Shown in pieces: positions 28,128 to 37,175 of a DNA stretch of 64,000 nucleotides. The notes beneath the pieces were generated by a model. It saw only the letters and a list, made by a program, of their open reading frames with translations. It had not been told where the DNA came from and searched no databases. Each line of letters begins with the position of its first letter. The first letter of the stretch is position 1. The stretch is from positions 167,725-231,724 of the IMG/VR virus record IMGVR_UViG_3300042923_000474; one strand, given 5' to 3'. The position numbers and the translations under genes were made by a program.

Positions 28128-28450
28128 CGCGCAGTAAGTTTGACCTGACCATCTGGCATAAGCTGGGCATCTACATCGGGCTGCTGATGATCATTGTGGG
28201 TGGGTTGATGTACATCCCCACCTACGTGCACCACAAGTTGGAAGCCGAGAAGCATGCCCGTGAACAGGGTAATCCGATCTGGCTGGAAATGGACAACGTC
28301 CGCAAGCGCAAAGCTTACTTCGACGAGTGTCGCACCATGCCCAAGTTGCCGGGCGACATTCCAAACGTTACCTGCCTGGGCGAAGCCAGTAGCCTTTACC
28401 CAGATCGCAACTGGAAACAAGTTGCTGCAGACAATCTGAAGGGGAAGTAA
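28124..28450 (+). CDS. Single-pass membrane protein, paralogue of upstream gene
   Basis: Start ATG 28124; TM; C...C-x6-YP-x3-W. Confidence 0.75.
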   Translation: MTRSKFDLTIWHKLGIYIGLLMIIVGGLMYIPTYVHHKLEAEKHAREQGNPIWLEMDNVRKRKAYFDECRTMPKLPGDIPNVTCLGEASSLYPDRNWKQVAADNLKGK

Positions 28451-30109
28451 ATGTACTATCAAAACAAGCAGGACAAACAGATTGTCCTTAGCGCGTTTAA
28501 AGTCACTCGTGCCAACTTCACCGGCGAGGCTTTCGACAATGCTCCGTTTGAAGGGGACACGGGTCATGACTGGCTCGAACAAGCGATGCTCGATGGCGTG
28601 GTATCGCTGGTGCCTGGTGGTGAAACCACATACGCGGTGTGGGGTGTGCGCACACCTGATGGTGAGATTATGTTGGCGTCTCCGGGCGACTACATTGTTC
28701 AGGACGTGGGTGCCGAAGCCATTCACGTCTGCCCAGGTCCTATCTGGGAACTTCTCACCGAATTCCTACCGGAAGCAGAAGCGCCGGCGCCACTCCCAAC
28801 TGCTGAGCAGGTTGAGCAGATTGTAGAAGGTGTGCAGGGTCAGGTTGATCAGGCCCATGTACGCTTGAAGCAGCTCTCAGAGGACGTTAAGTTCGGGCGC
28901 ACTACCGACTGGCATGCGGTGGCCACCGAAGTGAAGCAGATCCGTGAGGTCTTGGGCAAGCACATCCCTGCTGACTTTGACGGCCTGTTGGGTGCGGTTA
29001 GTGAGCACACCAGTCCTGTGTTACCTGCCGACCTGCGTCAGGTGGCCATGGATTATCTGCACCTAGCCGGCGAATGGATTGGCGAGGATGGTTGGTGCGA
29101 GTTCCAAGAGAAGATCACCTTTGCCAAGCGGATACTGCGTGACGAGACCCCTGCGGACTTCGACGCTCTCAAGGAAAAGGTTGACCTCAATGCCGCTGCC
29201 GAAGAAACGGCCATGGGTATCCTCGACGATCGTCAGCAACAGATCAACAAGGTCCGTCGCCAAGCCATCGGAACAAAGGACGCGGCGATAGCGCTTTATC
29301 ACTCTGGCATTGTTCTGTCGCCTAAAGAGTGGGAACCGATTCGCTGGAGCCTGGCTTGGGCCAGAATGGTTCTTGGCGAACCTACCGGCGAAGTTCATGA
29401 CGAGATTCATGAAGAGCTGGCCAAACGTGCTAAGTACGGTCGTTACGCCGACGCCGTTGTTGAACACATGCCTGCTTCGATCTTCCCTGAAGACACTGTT
29501 CTGATCAAGGATGAACACGGCGTTGTTCATGGCAGTGCCCATGTGGGTCAAGCCTTTGAAATGGAGCCCGCTCAAGAACTGCCAGTGGGTGGCAGTGCTG
29601 CTGGTTTGCAGGGTGTTATCGATGCCCGTGAGATGACTGAAGAGTTGGCGGTCATGATGAATGACTTCTGTGACGAAGCCTACCGGATGTATGAGCGCCT
29701 CAAGTACGGCGATCGCTTTGACTGGAAGGCCTTCCATGCCCGTGGTCTGGAGATTGCAGATCCCGAGAAGGTTGACCAGAAGCTGGTGTTCGTCAAGGTC
29801 ATGGGTGTGGCCGAGCACCTGACTCATCTGGACATCGTCACCCATGCCGACATGTTGATTGCTCAAACCAAGGTTGGCATCGTAGCGCGTCAACGTGAAG
29901 ACATGCACAAGGCGTTGGAGTATGTCAATACGGCCCGGATGTGGATCTTTGAAACAGCATCCACTGAAGAACGGGACTGGATCGAGATGCAGAAGAACCT
30001 GACGTGGTCTCACGTGGTCCTGTCGATTCACGAACAGGTGCCGGAAGACTTCGACAAAGTCAGTGGGGCTGTTGACCACATGATCGGGTCTTATCCGCTC
30101 AGCAAATAA
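28451..30109 (+). CDS. 552-aa protein: small N-terminal beta domain plus helical repeats
   Basis: RTPDGEIMLASPGDYIVQ...VCPGPIWE then repeated W...L...PADFD units. Confidence 0.8.
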   Translation: MYYQNKQDKQIVLSAFKVTRANFTGEAFDNAPFEGDTGHDWLEQAMLDGVVSLVPGGETTYAVWGVRTPDGEIMLASPGDYIVQDVGAEAIHVCPGPIWELLTEFLPEAEAPAPLPTAEQVEQIVEGVQGQVDQAHVRLKQLSEDVKFGRTTDWHAVATEVKQIREVLGKHIPADFDGLLGAVSEHTSPVLPADLRQVAMDYLHLAGEWIGEDGWCEFQEKITFAKRILRDETPADFDALKEKVDLNAAAEETAMGILDDRQQQINKVRRQAIGTKDAAIALYHSGIVLSPKEWEPIRWSLAWARMVLGEPTGEVHDEIHEELAKRAKYGRYADAVVEHMPASIFPEDTVLIKDEHGVVHGSAHVGQAFEMEPAQELPVGGSAAGLQGVIDAREMTEELAVMMNDFCDEAYRMYERLKYGDRFDWKAFHARGLEIADPEKVDQKLVFVKVMGVAEHLTHLDIVTHADMLIAQTKVGIVARQREDMHKALEYVNTARMWIFETASTEERDWIEMQKNLTWSHVVLSIHEQVPEDFDKVSGAVDHMIGSYPLSK

Positions 30110-30112
30110 CCA

Positions 30113-30150
30113 GCATAACTCCCGTCCCGATAAGGGGCGGGAGGCTATGT
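30113..30150 (+). terminator. Hairpin with GCATA/CTATG flanks
   Basis: CTCCCGTCCC/GGGGCGGGAG. Confidence 0.7.
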
Positions 30151-30202
30151 CGTCATCTGTAAATTTTTGGCTTAATGGTAAAGCCAATTTGGAAGATGTG
30201 TC

Positions 30203-31090
30203 ATGAATATTGTCGCGTTGAAAGCAGCCAGAAATGATGTGGTTGCCTCTGTGTTTGCAAAGATCCTTGGGGACTGGTGTGAGTTGCCGGGTCTCTTGAC
30301 GTGGAAGACTAACTTGGAGGTGGCTTACAACCACACCAAGCGGCTGGGTAGCACCATCGGTTTGTTCAGCAACATGCCGGGGAAATTGGGGCGGACTAAT
30401 GAAGAGCTGCCTTTCTTTCAAGTACAGGCTGAGAGGCTCCCATTCAAGCTTAGTAACGTCGAAGGCTGGAAGACGAACTTCGGGCTGAATGAATACTTCA
30501 AAGAGCGCTACAGCGAATGTGCGGGGCTGCTGGTGCCGTTCCTGACGTACGCAACTGTGCTTTATAGAAACTCCAGCAATCAGATCTGGAACATCGAGGT
30601 CGGTGACTGGCGAAAGCGTGAGCCACTGGTGGTGACCTTTGCTACGCCTAAGTCTTTGGTCAAGCTGGCCCTGTACGGCCATGTCGTGATTAAGGATGTG
30701 GATCTGATTGATTTGTATACGGCCAAACCTATCGCCATGACGGTGCCAGACTTTGACGCCACTCAGTTGCAAACATTCGCCGCCTACTCTGACGAGCGGT
30801 TGATTGCCGAGCTGATGCGTAATCGTCACGGCAAACCTGTGTTCTGGGGGCCGGCCAGTGAAGAGGTGGTGATTGGGACTTACGACAATGTGCGTTTGGA
30901 CCAAGGCCAGATCACCGCGGACGTTTCATTGATCAATCCTCGTGATTTCGAGGACTTGGATTTGAACGTGGTGATTGTTCCACGGCAACGTCACGATACA
31001 AAGCGCAGTGGACGAAAGTACACCAAACGGTACATCACTCCACATATCGAACTTGAGGTCAGGCTACTGACTAACATAAAAAAGGAATAG
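30203..31090 (+). CDS. Hypothetical protein
   Basis: 295 aa ORF. Confidence 0.8.
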   Translation: MNIVALKAARNDVVASVFAKILGDWCELPGLLTWKTNLEVAYNHTKRLGSTIGLFSNMPGKLGRTNEELPFFQVQAERLPFKLSNVEGWKTNFGLNEYFKERYSECAGLLVPFLTYATVLYRNSSNQIWNIEVGDWRKREPLVVTFATPKSLVKLALYGHVVIKDVDLIDLYTAKPIAMTVPDFDATQLQTFAAYSDERLIAELMRNRHGKPVFWGPASEEVVIGTYDNVRLDQGQITADVSLINPRDFEDLDLNVVIVPRQRHDTKRSGRKYTKRYITPHIELEVRLLTNIKKE

Positions 31091-31094
31091 GGAC

Positions 31095-31604
31095 ATGACG
31101 CTCTACATCTACGGGGAAGCACATTTTCAACCTGAGTCCGTGAAGTTCATTCATGAAGAGATTGAACGGATTCGTCCGCATGTGTTGGTGCATGAGTTGC
31201 TGAACGATGCTGTTCTGTCTTATCGCGACGTCAAGGCCCAGTTGGCCAAGTGCGATGGTAGCGACTGGTGCGATCCTGATGTGAACCGGGATGTGTTTCA
31301 GTTGGCTGCCAAACTCAAGATCCCGTTGATTGGCTGCGACCTGTCTCACGCCCAGCTGGAGGCGAACAAGGCGTTCCCTCTGGCGGAGCAATTTGCGCAA
31401 CGCGAGAAGCGTATGTTGGAAGTCATGCGGATTGTACCTAACACTCGGTTCGCTCGAGTGGTGGTGGTAGTCGGTGACATTCACCTGCGTACCAAACCTA
31501 ACAAGGATCTGGGCGAGCCATCGGTTATCGCTCAGGCCATCAAAAACAAATCCCTTAAGGCAGACGTCGTCCGTTGCCGACCGGAATGGAGAGAAGCAGA
31601 ATGA
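31095..31604 (+). CDS. TIKI/TraB-ChaN-EreA-like fold protein
   Basis: YIYGEAH, VHE, IPLIGCD, REKRM, VVVVGDIH. Confidence 0.55.
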   Translation: MTLYIYGEAHFQPESVKFIHEEIERIRPHVLVHELLNDAVLSYRDVKAQLAKCDGSDWCDPDVNRDVFQLAAKLKIPLIGCDLSHAQLEANKAFPLAEQFAQREKRMLEVMRIVPNTRFARVVVVVGDIHLRTKPNKDLGEPSVIAQAIKNKSLKADVVRCRPEWREAE

Positions 31605-32065
31605 AAAAGCGATTTAAGCTGCACGTCCCTGCGCCGTTGTCCATCAAGTCCCCTGAGTGGGTGTTCGATGAATTGGTCAAAGACAAGCACATCCATCTTT
31701 GTAAGGTGGCCATGTACATCGGTGATGAGCCGTTCCTGCCCAGTGAAGCCGACCTCACCCCTACTCCGGTCGACCTGGATGCACCCGTCCCTCAGATGGA
31801 TCGCACACAGGTCATGACCCCTCGCTTTGTAGTGGTGGCCAAGATCACAGCCTTTACCCTGGAAGAAGGTCAACTGTACGCTGATGTGGAAACCGTTGAA
31901 GGCTTCTCGGTGGAAAGTCCTAACTGGGAAGCTGTGGTTAGCTACACACCCAAGGCCAACAACCCGATGGACTGCGCTACCCACGTGGTGCTCAAGAACA
32001 TTGGCGGTGATGATCTCTTTGCATTGTCCGACGCAATGCTTGGGGTGGCCGATGTCGCTCCGTAA
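31601..32065 (+). CDS. Hypothetical protein
   Basis: ATGA coupling at 31601. Confidence 0.75.
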   Translation: MKKRFKLHVPAPLSIKSPEWVFDELVKDKHIHLCKVAMYIGDEPFLPSEADLTPTPVDLDAPVPQMDRTQVMTPRFVVVAKITAFTLEEGQLYADVETVEGFSVESPNWEAVVSYTPKANNPMDCATHVVLKNIGGDDLFALSDAMLGVADVAP

Positions 32066-32348
32066 GTGGCTAGGCAAGCGGCGACTGATCAAGCATGCCA
32101 ACTACCTGCGTGACCTGCGAGTGGCTGCACTGCGTAAAGAGGTGGCTCAGTTCGGCTACCTCATCAGTGAAACCTACGGAGTGACCTGCGCACATTGCAA
32201 CAGTAGTGAGTGCGCCTGTGACTTCAGTCGTAACAGCGTCATGCGAGATCATCGCATCGCTCTGCGCAACATCCATGCTGATCGACATAACCTGATCGAA
32301 AAGCACGACCGGATCATTGAAGATTTGGAGGGGCGTTTAAATGCTTAG
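32052..32348 (+). CDS. Small Cys-cluster (putative Zn-binding) protein
   Basis: Start ATG 32052; VTCAHCNSSECAC. Confidence 0.7.
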   Translation: MSLRKWLGKRRLIKHANYLRDLRVAALRKEVAQFGYLISETYGVTCAHCNSSECACDFSRNSVMRDHRIALRNIHADRHNLIEKHDRIIEDLEGRLNA

Positions 32349-32610
32349 GAGAATGTGGGAGTGCTGGAAGGCCAAGCAGTTGATGAAACGGCTGATTATG
32401 AAGCAGGAGGAGGAGCGAAAGCTCTTCTTGGAGAAGATCAAAGCAGAGGGTTTTACTCTGCTCAATGACTCCGAGGTGGTGTGCGATCATTGCGGGGCTA
32501 ACTGTGGTCAGTGCGGCATCGGTGTGCGGGCACATCGACTGACGCAGGAATACGACCGACTGAACGCCTGTCAACAACTCACCCGAGAGTCTTTCATAAG
32601 GAACATGTGA
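32341..32610 (+). CDS. Small Cys-cluster protein, paralogue of upstream gene
   Basis: VVCDHCGANCGQC. Confidence 0.7.
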   Translation: MLRRMWECWKAKQLMKRLIMKQEEERKLFLEKIKAEGFTLLNDSEVVCDHCGANCGQCGIGVRAHRLTQEYDRLNACQQLTRESFIRNM

Positions 32611-33194
32611 TGGCCAAGACGTACGCCGGAGTGGGGTCAAGGGATACCCCACAGGACATGTTGGACTTGATGTATCGCATGGCCAAAGTCCTGTGCGATC
32701 TAGGATGGGTAGGTAACTCTGGCGAAGCCCCTGGAGCGGATTGGTATTTCCATGAAGGGGCGCGGTCTAGCAGTAACTACGGACCGGGTATGTTTAACGC
32801 CATCATTCCTTGGAACGGCTTCAAGACTCAAAACGAGGTCAAGGTGTACTCCAAACCGGGCAACAACATCTACGTCTTGGATGAGGCTCGTCGTCGTCGG
32901 GCTGAGATGTTGGGAATTGGGGCGCGGGGTACTTACGCGGGGCTGAACACACCGGGCAAGATTGCACTGCACTCACGTAATGCGATGCAGGTGCTCGGTA
33001 TGGATCTCATGACGCCTATCAGGTTCTTGATCTGCTGGGCGCAACCTGTTGGTAAACAGGGCAAGGTGAAGGGCGGTACCAATACAGCTGTAGCACTGGC
33101 ACTGCACTTCGGTATTGACGTCATCAACTTGGCTACTCCGAATGGATTGAATCGCGCGATGACATTCCTAGAGGAGTACGAGGAGGCAGCATGA
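32610..33194 (+). CDS. SLOG/DprA-like nucleotide-binding protein
   Basis: Start ATG 32610; YAGVGSRDTP, SGEAPGAD, LHSRNAMQVLG, ICWA, GGTNTAV. Confidence 0.8.
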   Translation: MAKTYAGVGSRDTPQDMLDLMYRMAKVLCDLGWVGNSGEAPGADWYFHEGARSSSNYGPGMFNAIIPWNGFKTQNEVKVYSKPGNNIYVLDEARRRRAEMLGIGARGTYAGLNTPGKIALHSRNAMQVLGMDLMTPIRFLICWAQPVGKQGKVKGGTNTAVALALHFGIDVINLATPNGLNRAMTFLEEYEEAA

Positions 33195-33283
33195 TTGGTA
33201 AACCTATTCCGTGCACACCACCTTTCCACCCACCAGAACCACCGCCTGATCCTGAGCCAATACCTCAGGACAAGGAGCATTAA
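33191..33283 (+). CDS. 30-aa proline-rich peptide
   Basis: AGGAGG RBS; ATGA and TAATG overlaps; MIGKPIPCTPPFHPPEPPPDPEPIPQDKEH. Confidence 0.7.
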   Translation: MIGKPIPCTPPFHPPEPPPDPEPIPQDKEH

Positions 33284-33627
33284 TGACAAAGAAGAAAGCC
33301 GACGTGATACGCCGCAGCATCATTCTCTACTACGACGCCAACGACCTAGAGGCCGAGCGTCGTATCAATGAGTTTGTTGTTGACGGCGTACACCAGGTTG
33401 AGTGGGACGGTGACCTGAAAGATCCGTACATTCGATCGAAGAAGGTTGTGTGTTATCTGCGCAGCTTCATGTTCAGCGATGGGCATCTGTACGCATCCAT
33501 CATTCCACGAGAAGGTGACAAGACTCTGCCCTACGGTTGGGAAGAGGAATACACCTTCAAGATGATGACCAGTCCAAGTGGGCGAATCATTAAAATCGTA
33601 CTCGTTAAAGCGGAGAAAGATCAATGA
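33283..33627 (+). CDS. Hypothetical protein
   Basis: AAGGAG RBS, coupled start. Confidence 0.8.
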   Translation: MTKKKADVIRRSIILYYDANDLEAERRINEFVVDGVHQVEWDGDLKDPYIRSKKVVCYLRSFMFSDGHLYASIIPREGDKTLPYGWEEEYTFKMMTSPSGRIIKIVLVKAEKDQ

Positions 33628-34436
33628 CTTCCAGTAACAATGTCGACAACATTCGCATCATTGAACCAGACAAGGATGGTTACTTCTCTTTGACCGGCGG
33701 CAGTGTCTCCGAAGTCGGTAACGGCGATTTTGTCTTCTTGGGTTATCGCTTCATGCATTTGAACTTCGACAGTCCGTGGAGCAAGAAGACGTACGTCGCC
33801 AATCGCGTCTCGATTCAAGCGGCCTACGACTGGTGCAAGAAAGGGGCTGACGGCGTCTACTACGGCGAGTTCAATCATCCGAAGCTGGACGACGAAGTTG
33901 CTTACCCTACCCAGTCGGCCAAATACGAACGCCTGCAGGAAATCTCTGCTGCCGATGCAGTGGTTCGTTTCGACGACACCTTCGTACTGTTTGAGCACCG
34001 CGGTGAACTCATTCTCCCAGGACCGTGGGTAGTGGGGTCGTTTACCATTCTGTCGAAGAGCCTGAACGGCAAATACCTGATCGACTACCTTAAAGGCGGT
34101 GGCCGCTTCCGGCTGGCACTGCGCAGTCTGACCAACAATGGGGATTGGGGGAGTAACGATCGAATCATCGGCCAGATGATCACCTTCGACGTCATTACCG
34201 AGGAGATGGATCAGGCCGCTGAAGCCATTGAGGCTCGGCGGCGTAAAGAGCGTGAGGAGGAACGTCTGGCGCAGAACAAGCGCGATGCAGAAGACCCTTC
34301 TCTACATGCCCCATTGGAATCTTCCGAGAAGCCGGTGGCCAGTGAAAAGGTCAAAGCTTTGGTTAGCCGGTCACTGCCCTCTGGTTTCGACAAGAATGTC
34401 GAGCCTGAACAGTTCCTCGAAAAGCGCGAAGAATAA
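33624..34436 (+). CDS. Prohead-protease-like paralogue, probably inactive
   Basis: DKDGYF, YYGEFNHP, RLQEI, LALRS, ITFDV. Confidence 0.65.
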   Translation: MTSSNNVDNIRIIEPDKDGYFSLTGGSVSEVGNGDFVFLGYRFMHLNFDSPWSKKTYVANRVSIQAAYDWCKKGADGVYYGEFNHPKLDDEVAYPTQSAKYERLQEISAADAVVRFDDTFVLFEHRGELILPGPWVVGSFTILSKSLNGKYLIDYLKGGGRFRLALRSLTNNGDWGSNDRIIGQMITFDVITEEMDQAAEAIEARRRKEREEERLAQNKRDAEDPSLHAPLESSEKPVASEKVKALVSRSLPSGFDKNVEPEQFLEKREE

Positions 34437-34445
34437 CCCAAACTC

Positions 34446-34467
34446 AAACCTAGATCATTGAAGTGAG
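34446..34467 (+). promoter_or_regulatory. Putative phage early promoter
   Basis: AAACCTAGATCATTGAAGTGAG. Confidence 0.7.
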
Positions 34468-34510
34468 GACTGTACAAAGTTCTCCTTCATTCATGCAAAG
34501 GAATCCTTCC

Positions 34511-35563
34511 GTGTCTGAGATTAAGAAAGCCACACCCGATACACCGATGTCTATCGTGATCCCTGTCCTGAATGTGCCACGCGCTGAGCTGGACCGTTTG
34601 GGCTATGCAGGTAAGGAACCCGGCGAGATCGCCGATGACCTCATCCTTACCGAAAACCGCATCGAGCTGATGGTGCTGCGCAAACATCTGCCGGACGTCT
34701 TCGAAGAGAAGGACCTGGTTGAACTGATGCGTGCAGCGCCTGAGGCACAATACCTCAAGGTGCGTCGTCCTGCGCCTAAGGCTGACACCGTGCGTCAAAT
34801 GACTATCGTGGAAGCCATCAACGGCCTGACCCGACTGACCTGCAAGGTTCGTCACTTCAGCAAAGACCCTGCCGACATCGAAGCGCTGCACAAGGTGCTG
34901 CGTGAAACGTCGGTGTGGTGGCCTGGTTACGGTTCGGTGATGGCCGAAGCTCGTATCAACTTGCTGTTGGCCGGTCAAGTGATCAAGGATAACTTCCCCA
35001 ACATCGTGGCGGGTTTCCCTGGTCTGAACCAGTTCGGCATCGATACCGTTAAGCGCACGCTGGCGCAGTTGGAAGGGATGGACTCCGAGGGCAACATTCC
35101 TGAACGCATGGCGGGTACTTACACCTCGCAAGAGTTCTGGCTGTCGGTCATCTCGAAGGTCAAGAAAGAACAAGCGATGTGGTACGAGATGTACAACATC
35201 GACGTTGAGCGCAAGAAGAACCCAGGCAAGGTACTGGTGGGCAAACAGTGGATGGAATACGGCTCCGTGTTCTTCGACGCCCATCAAACCGAGATGGTGG
35301 TGATCAACCATCAGACCCTGCCAAAGCAAACCTTGGAAACCAAGGCGCAGGGCATGGAGAACATCTTGGCGGCCATGCCGCTGGAACACGCTCAGCCTGC
35401 GATCGATCTGATCAACGAACTGGGCGGCAACATGTTCGCTGCCATCTGCCGTGGCGGTCTGCAGCGCATCAACCACGTGGTCAACGAATGTCACACAGCT
35501 TCTGTGAACGCGTCGACCGGTAAATCCACCGATGGCTCTGGTATCGAGGTACGTGAACAATGA
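34511..35563 (+). CDS. Hypothetical protein, putative early gene
   Basis: Probable GTG start 34511 after AAGGA; downstream of promoter motif 34446. Confidence 0.8.
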   Translation: MSEIKKATPDTPMSIVIPVLNVPRAELDRLGYAGKEPGEIADDLILTENRIELMVLRKHLPDVFEEKDLVELMRAAPEAQYLKVRRPAPKADTVRQMTIVEAINGLTRLTCKVRHFSKDPADIEALHKVLRETSVWWPGYGSVMAEARINLLLAGQVIKDNFPNIVAGFPGLNQFGIDTVKRTLAQLEGMDSEGNIPERMAGTYTSQEFWLSVISKVKKEQAMWYEMYNIDVERKKNPGKVLVGKQWMEYGSVFFDAHQTEMVVINHQTLPKQTLETKAQGMENILAAMPLEHAQPAIDLINELGGNMFAAICRGGLQRINHVVNECHTASVNASTGKSTDGSGIEVREQ

Positions 35564-36330
35564 TCCGCGACACTCCTGAGAAAGGCTTCTACGACGGCTG
35601 CCGGAAGATCAATAGCGAGTTTGACTGTGAAACCGTTGTGGGTCTGAAGATTCAAGTTGGAGGCGAGGTCTTTGACAGTTATACCTTCGACCCAAAGATC
35701 CCAGCCATTGACCGCGCCAATGGTCGCTGGATGAATCCGTGGGCATTGGACAACCCGTACCGCGAGCATGCCCCGATGTTTGTGACGATGTCTGAGTTGA
35801 AAGTGCTGGACGCCAATCCAGAAACCTTCGCTCGCTGCATGCGCCATTACCACTCGGTGTCGATGGACGACGGTGAAGTTCAGTTGGCAGGTCAAAGCTA
35901 CGTGATCATCCGGCCTGAGTCGCCTGAGAAGTATCAGGCTATCTGCACCAAGCTGGCTGAATTGCGTAAAGAAGTTGCGGCCAACGCGCTGATCGAGCGT
36001 ATCAACATCGAAGTGGTACCCGCTGAGGTGGATAAGGCTGAACTGGTTGCCTACTGCGAAAGCATTGGCATGGGTACGGACGATGCCGTCATTACGGTTG
36101 ACCCTGATGACCGCTCGCCTGATCGCACGCGACTGCACATCCGTCATGGACTCTGCCTCAAGCGGCTGACCGAATGGCTGGCGGGTTCCAACCGTGGGTT
36201 GTTCATCACACTGATGTGCTGCTGGGACAACCTCGAAGACAAGCAACGATTCAATGCTTTGTCTCATGAGGAAAAGAAAGCACGCCTGGAAAATCTGGGT
36301 GGCACTTACGCCTTCGGGCTCAAGGGGTAG
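35560..36330 (+). CDS. Hypothetical protein
   Basis: ATGA coupling. Confidence 0.85.
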   Translation: MIRDTPEKGFYDGCRKINSEFDCETVVGLKIQVGGEVFDSYTFDPKIPAIDRANGRWMNPWALDNPYREHAPMFVTMSELKVLDANPETFARCMRHYHSVSMDDGEVQLAGQSYVIIRPESPEKYQAICTKLAELRKEVAANALIERINIEVVPAEVDKAELVAYCESIGMGTDDAVITVDPDDRSPDRTRLHIRHGLCLKRLTEWLAGSNRGLFITLMCCWDNLEDKQRFNALSHEEKKARLENLGGTYAFGLKG

Positions 36331-36332
36331 TC

Positions 36333-37160
36333 ATGGATAAATCATCTGAGGAGAACGAAATCGTTCTCCCTTGGAGCGTGGCCTGTACGTTGTTCCAGTA
36401 CCAGGTCGTGAACAAAGCGCTTAACCAAGGTAAGGCACTGTCTGATGTGATGGACATGTTGGACCGCGGCAAAGCTGGCGAGATGGTCGAGGAACTGAAG
36501 GTCTGGATGGACGAGTTGGTTACAGAGGCGGGCGATGAACCAATCATCCGTTACGGGCGTAGTGGTGATCCGAACGGGATCGAATACTCGGTGCGTGAGC
36601 ACCCAGCTGGTCTGTCCCTACTCACCAAGGATCTGCGGAGCCACAACTGGAATAGGTCTGAACCTACCCAGGAAGGCGGGTTGATGGTTGGTCCTGGTTC
36701 TCCGTTATATGGTCGTCGGATCATGCGTGATCCAAAAGAACTGCTGGCCAGTTTCCCACCTGAGATGATCGATCAGATGGGCGATGAACTAGCGGCCTCT
36801 TACGCGGGTGAGGCACCAGAGATCAACGGGGTAATGACCCCCAATGGTCTTTATCAGCCAACTTCGGTTGATAAGCTGACCGATCAAGAGATCCACAATC
36901 TGGGCTTGAAGTATGTCATCTATCCGGCTGGACAGGTGCCAGAAAATGAGCGGGAAAATCTTCAGCACTGGCTGGATAACCATGCGATTGGTAAGGGGAA
37001 GGTATCCTGGAACGCTTCCAATATTCCCAAGGACGACATGAAAAAGCTTCGCAATGGCGAAATGCCTATTCGTGCGGTGCCTGGCATTGAGCTGAAAATA
37101 ACGGTTCCCACCGGTGCGGGAATGTTTTCATCTCAATCGCGTGAAGCAGATAAACGTTAA
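36333..37160 (+). CDS. Hypothetical protein
   Basis: 275 aa, operonic. Confidence 0.8.
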   Translation: MDKSSEENEIVLPWSVACTLFQYQVVNKALNQGKALSDVMDMLDRGKAGEMVEELKVWMDELVTEAGDEPIIRYGRSGDPNGIEYSVREHPAGLSLLTKDLRSHNWNRSEPTQEGGLMVGPGSPLYGRRIMRDPKELLASFPPEMIDQMGDELAASYAGEAPEINGVMTPNGLYQPTSVDKLTDQEIHNLGLKYVIYPAGQVPENERENLQHWLDNHAIGKGKVSWNASNIPKDDMKKLRNGEMPIRAVPGIELKITVPTGAGMFSSQSREADKR

Positions 37161-37175
37161 CAAGAGGAATGAGTT

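Noticed and set aside
31075-31095. A AAA AAG before the stop of 30203-31090
   Set aside because: The -1 frame stops within 5 codons and does not join the next gene.
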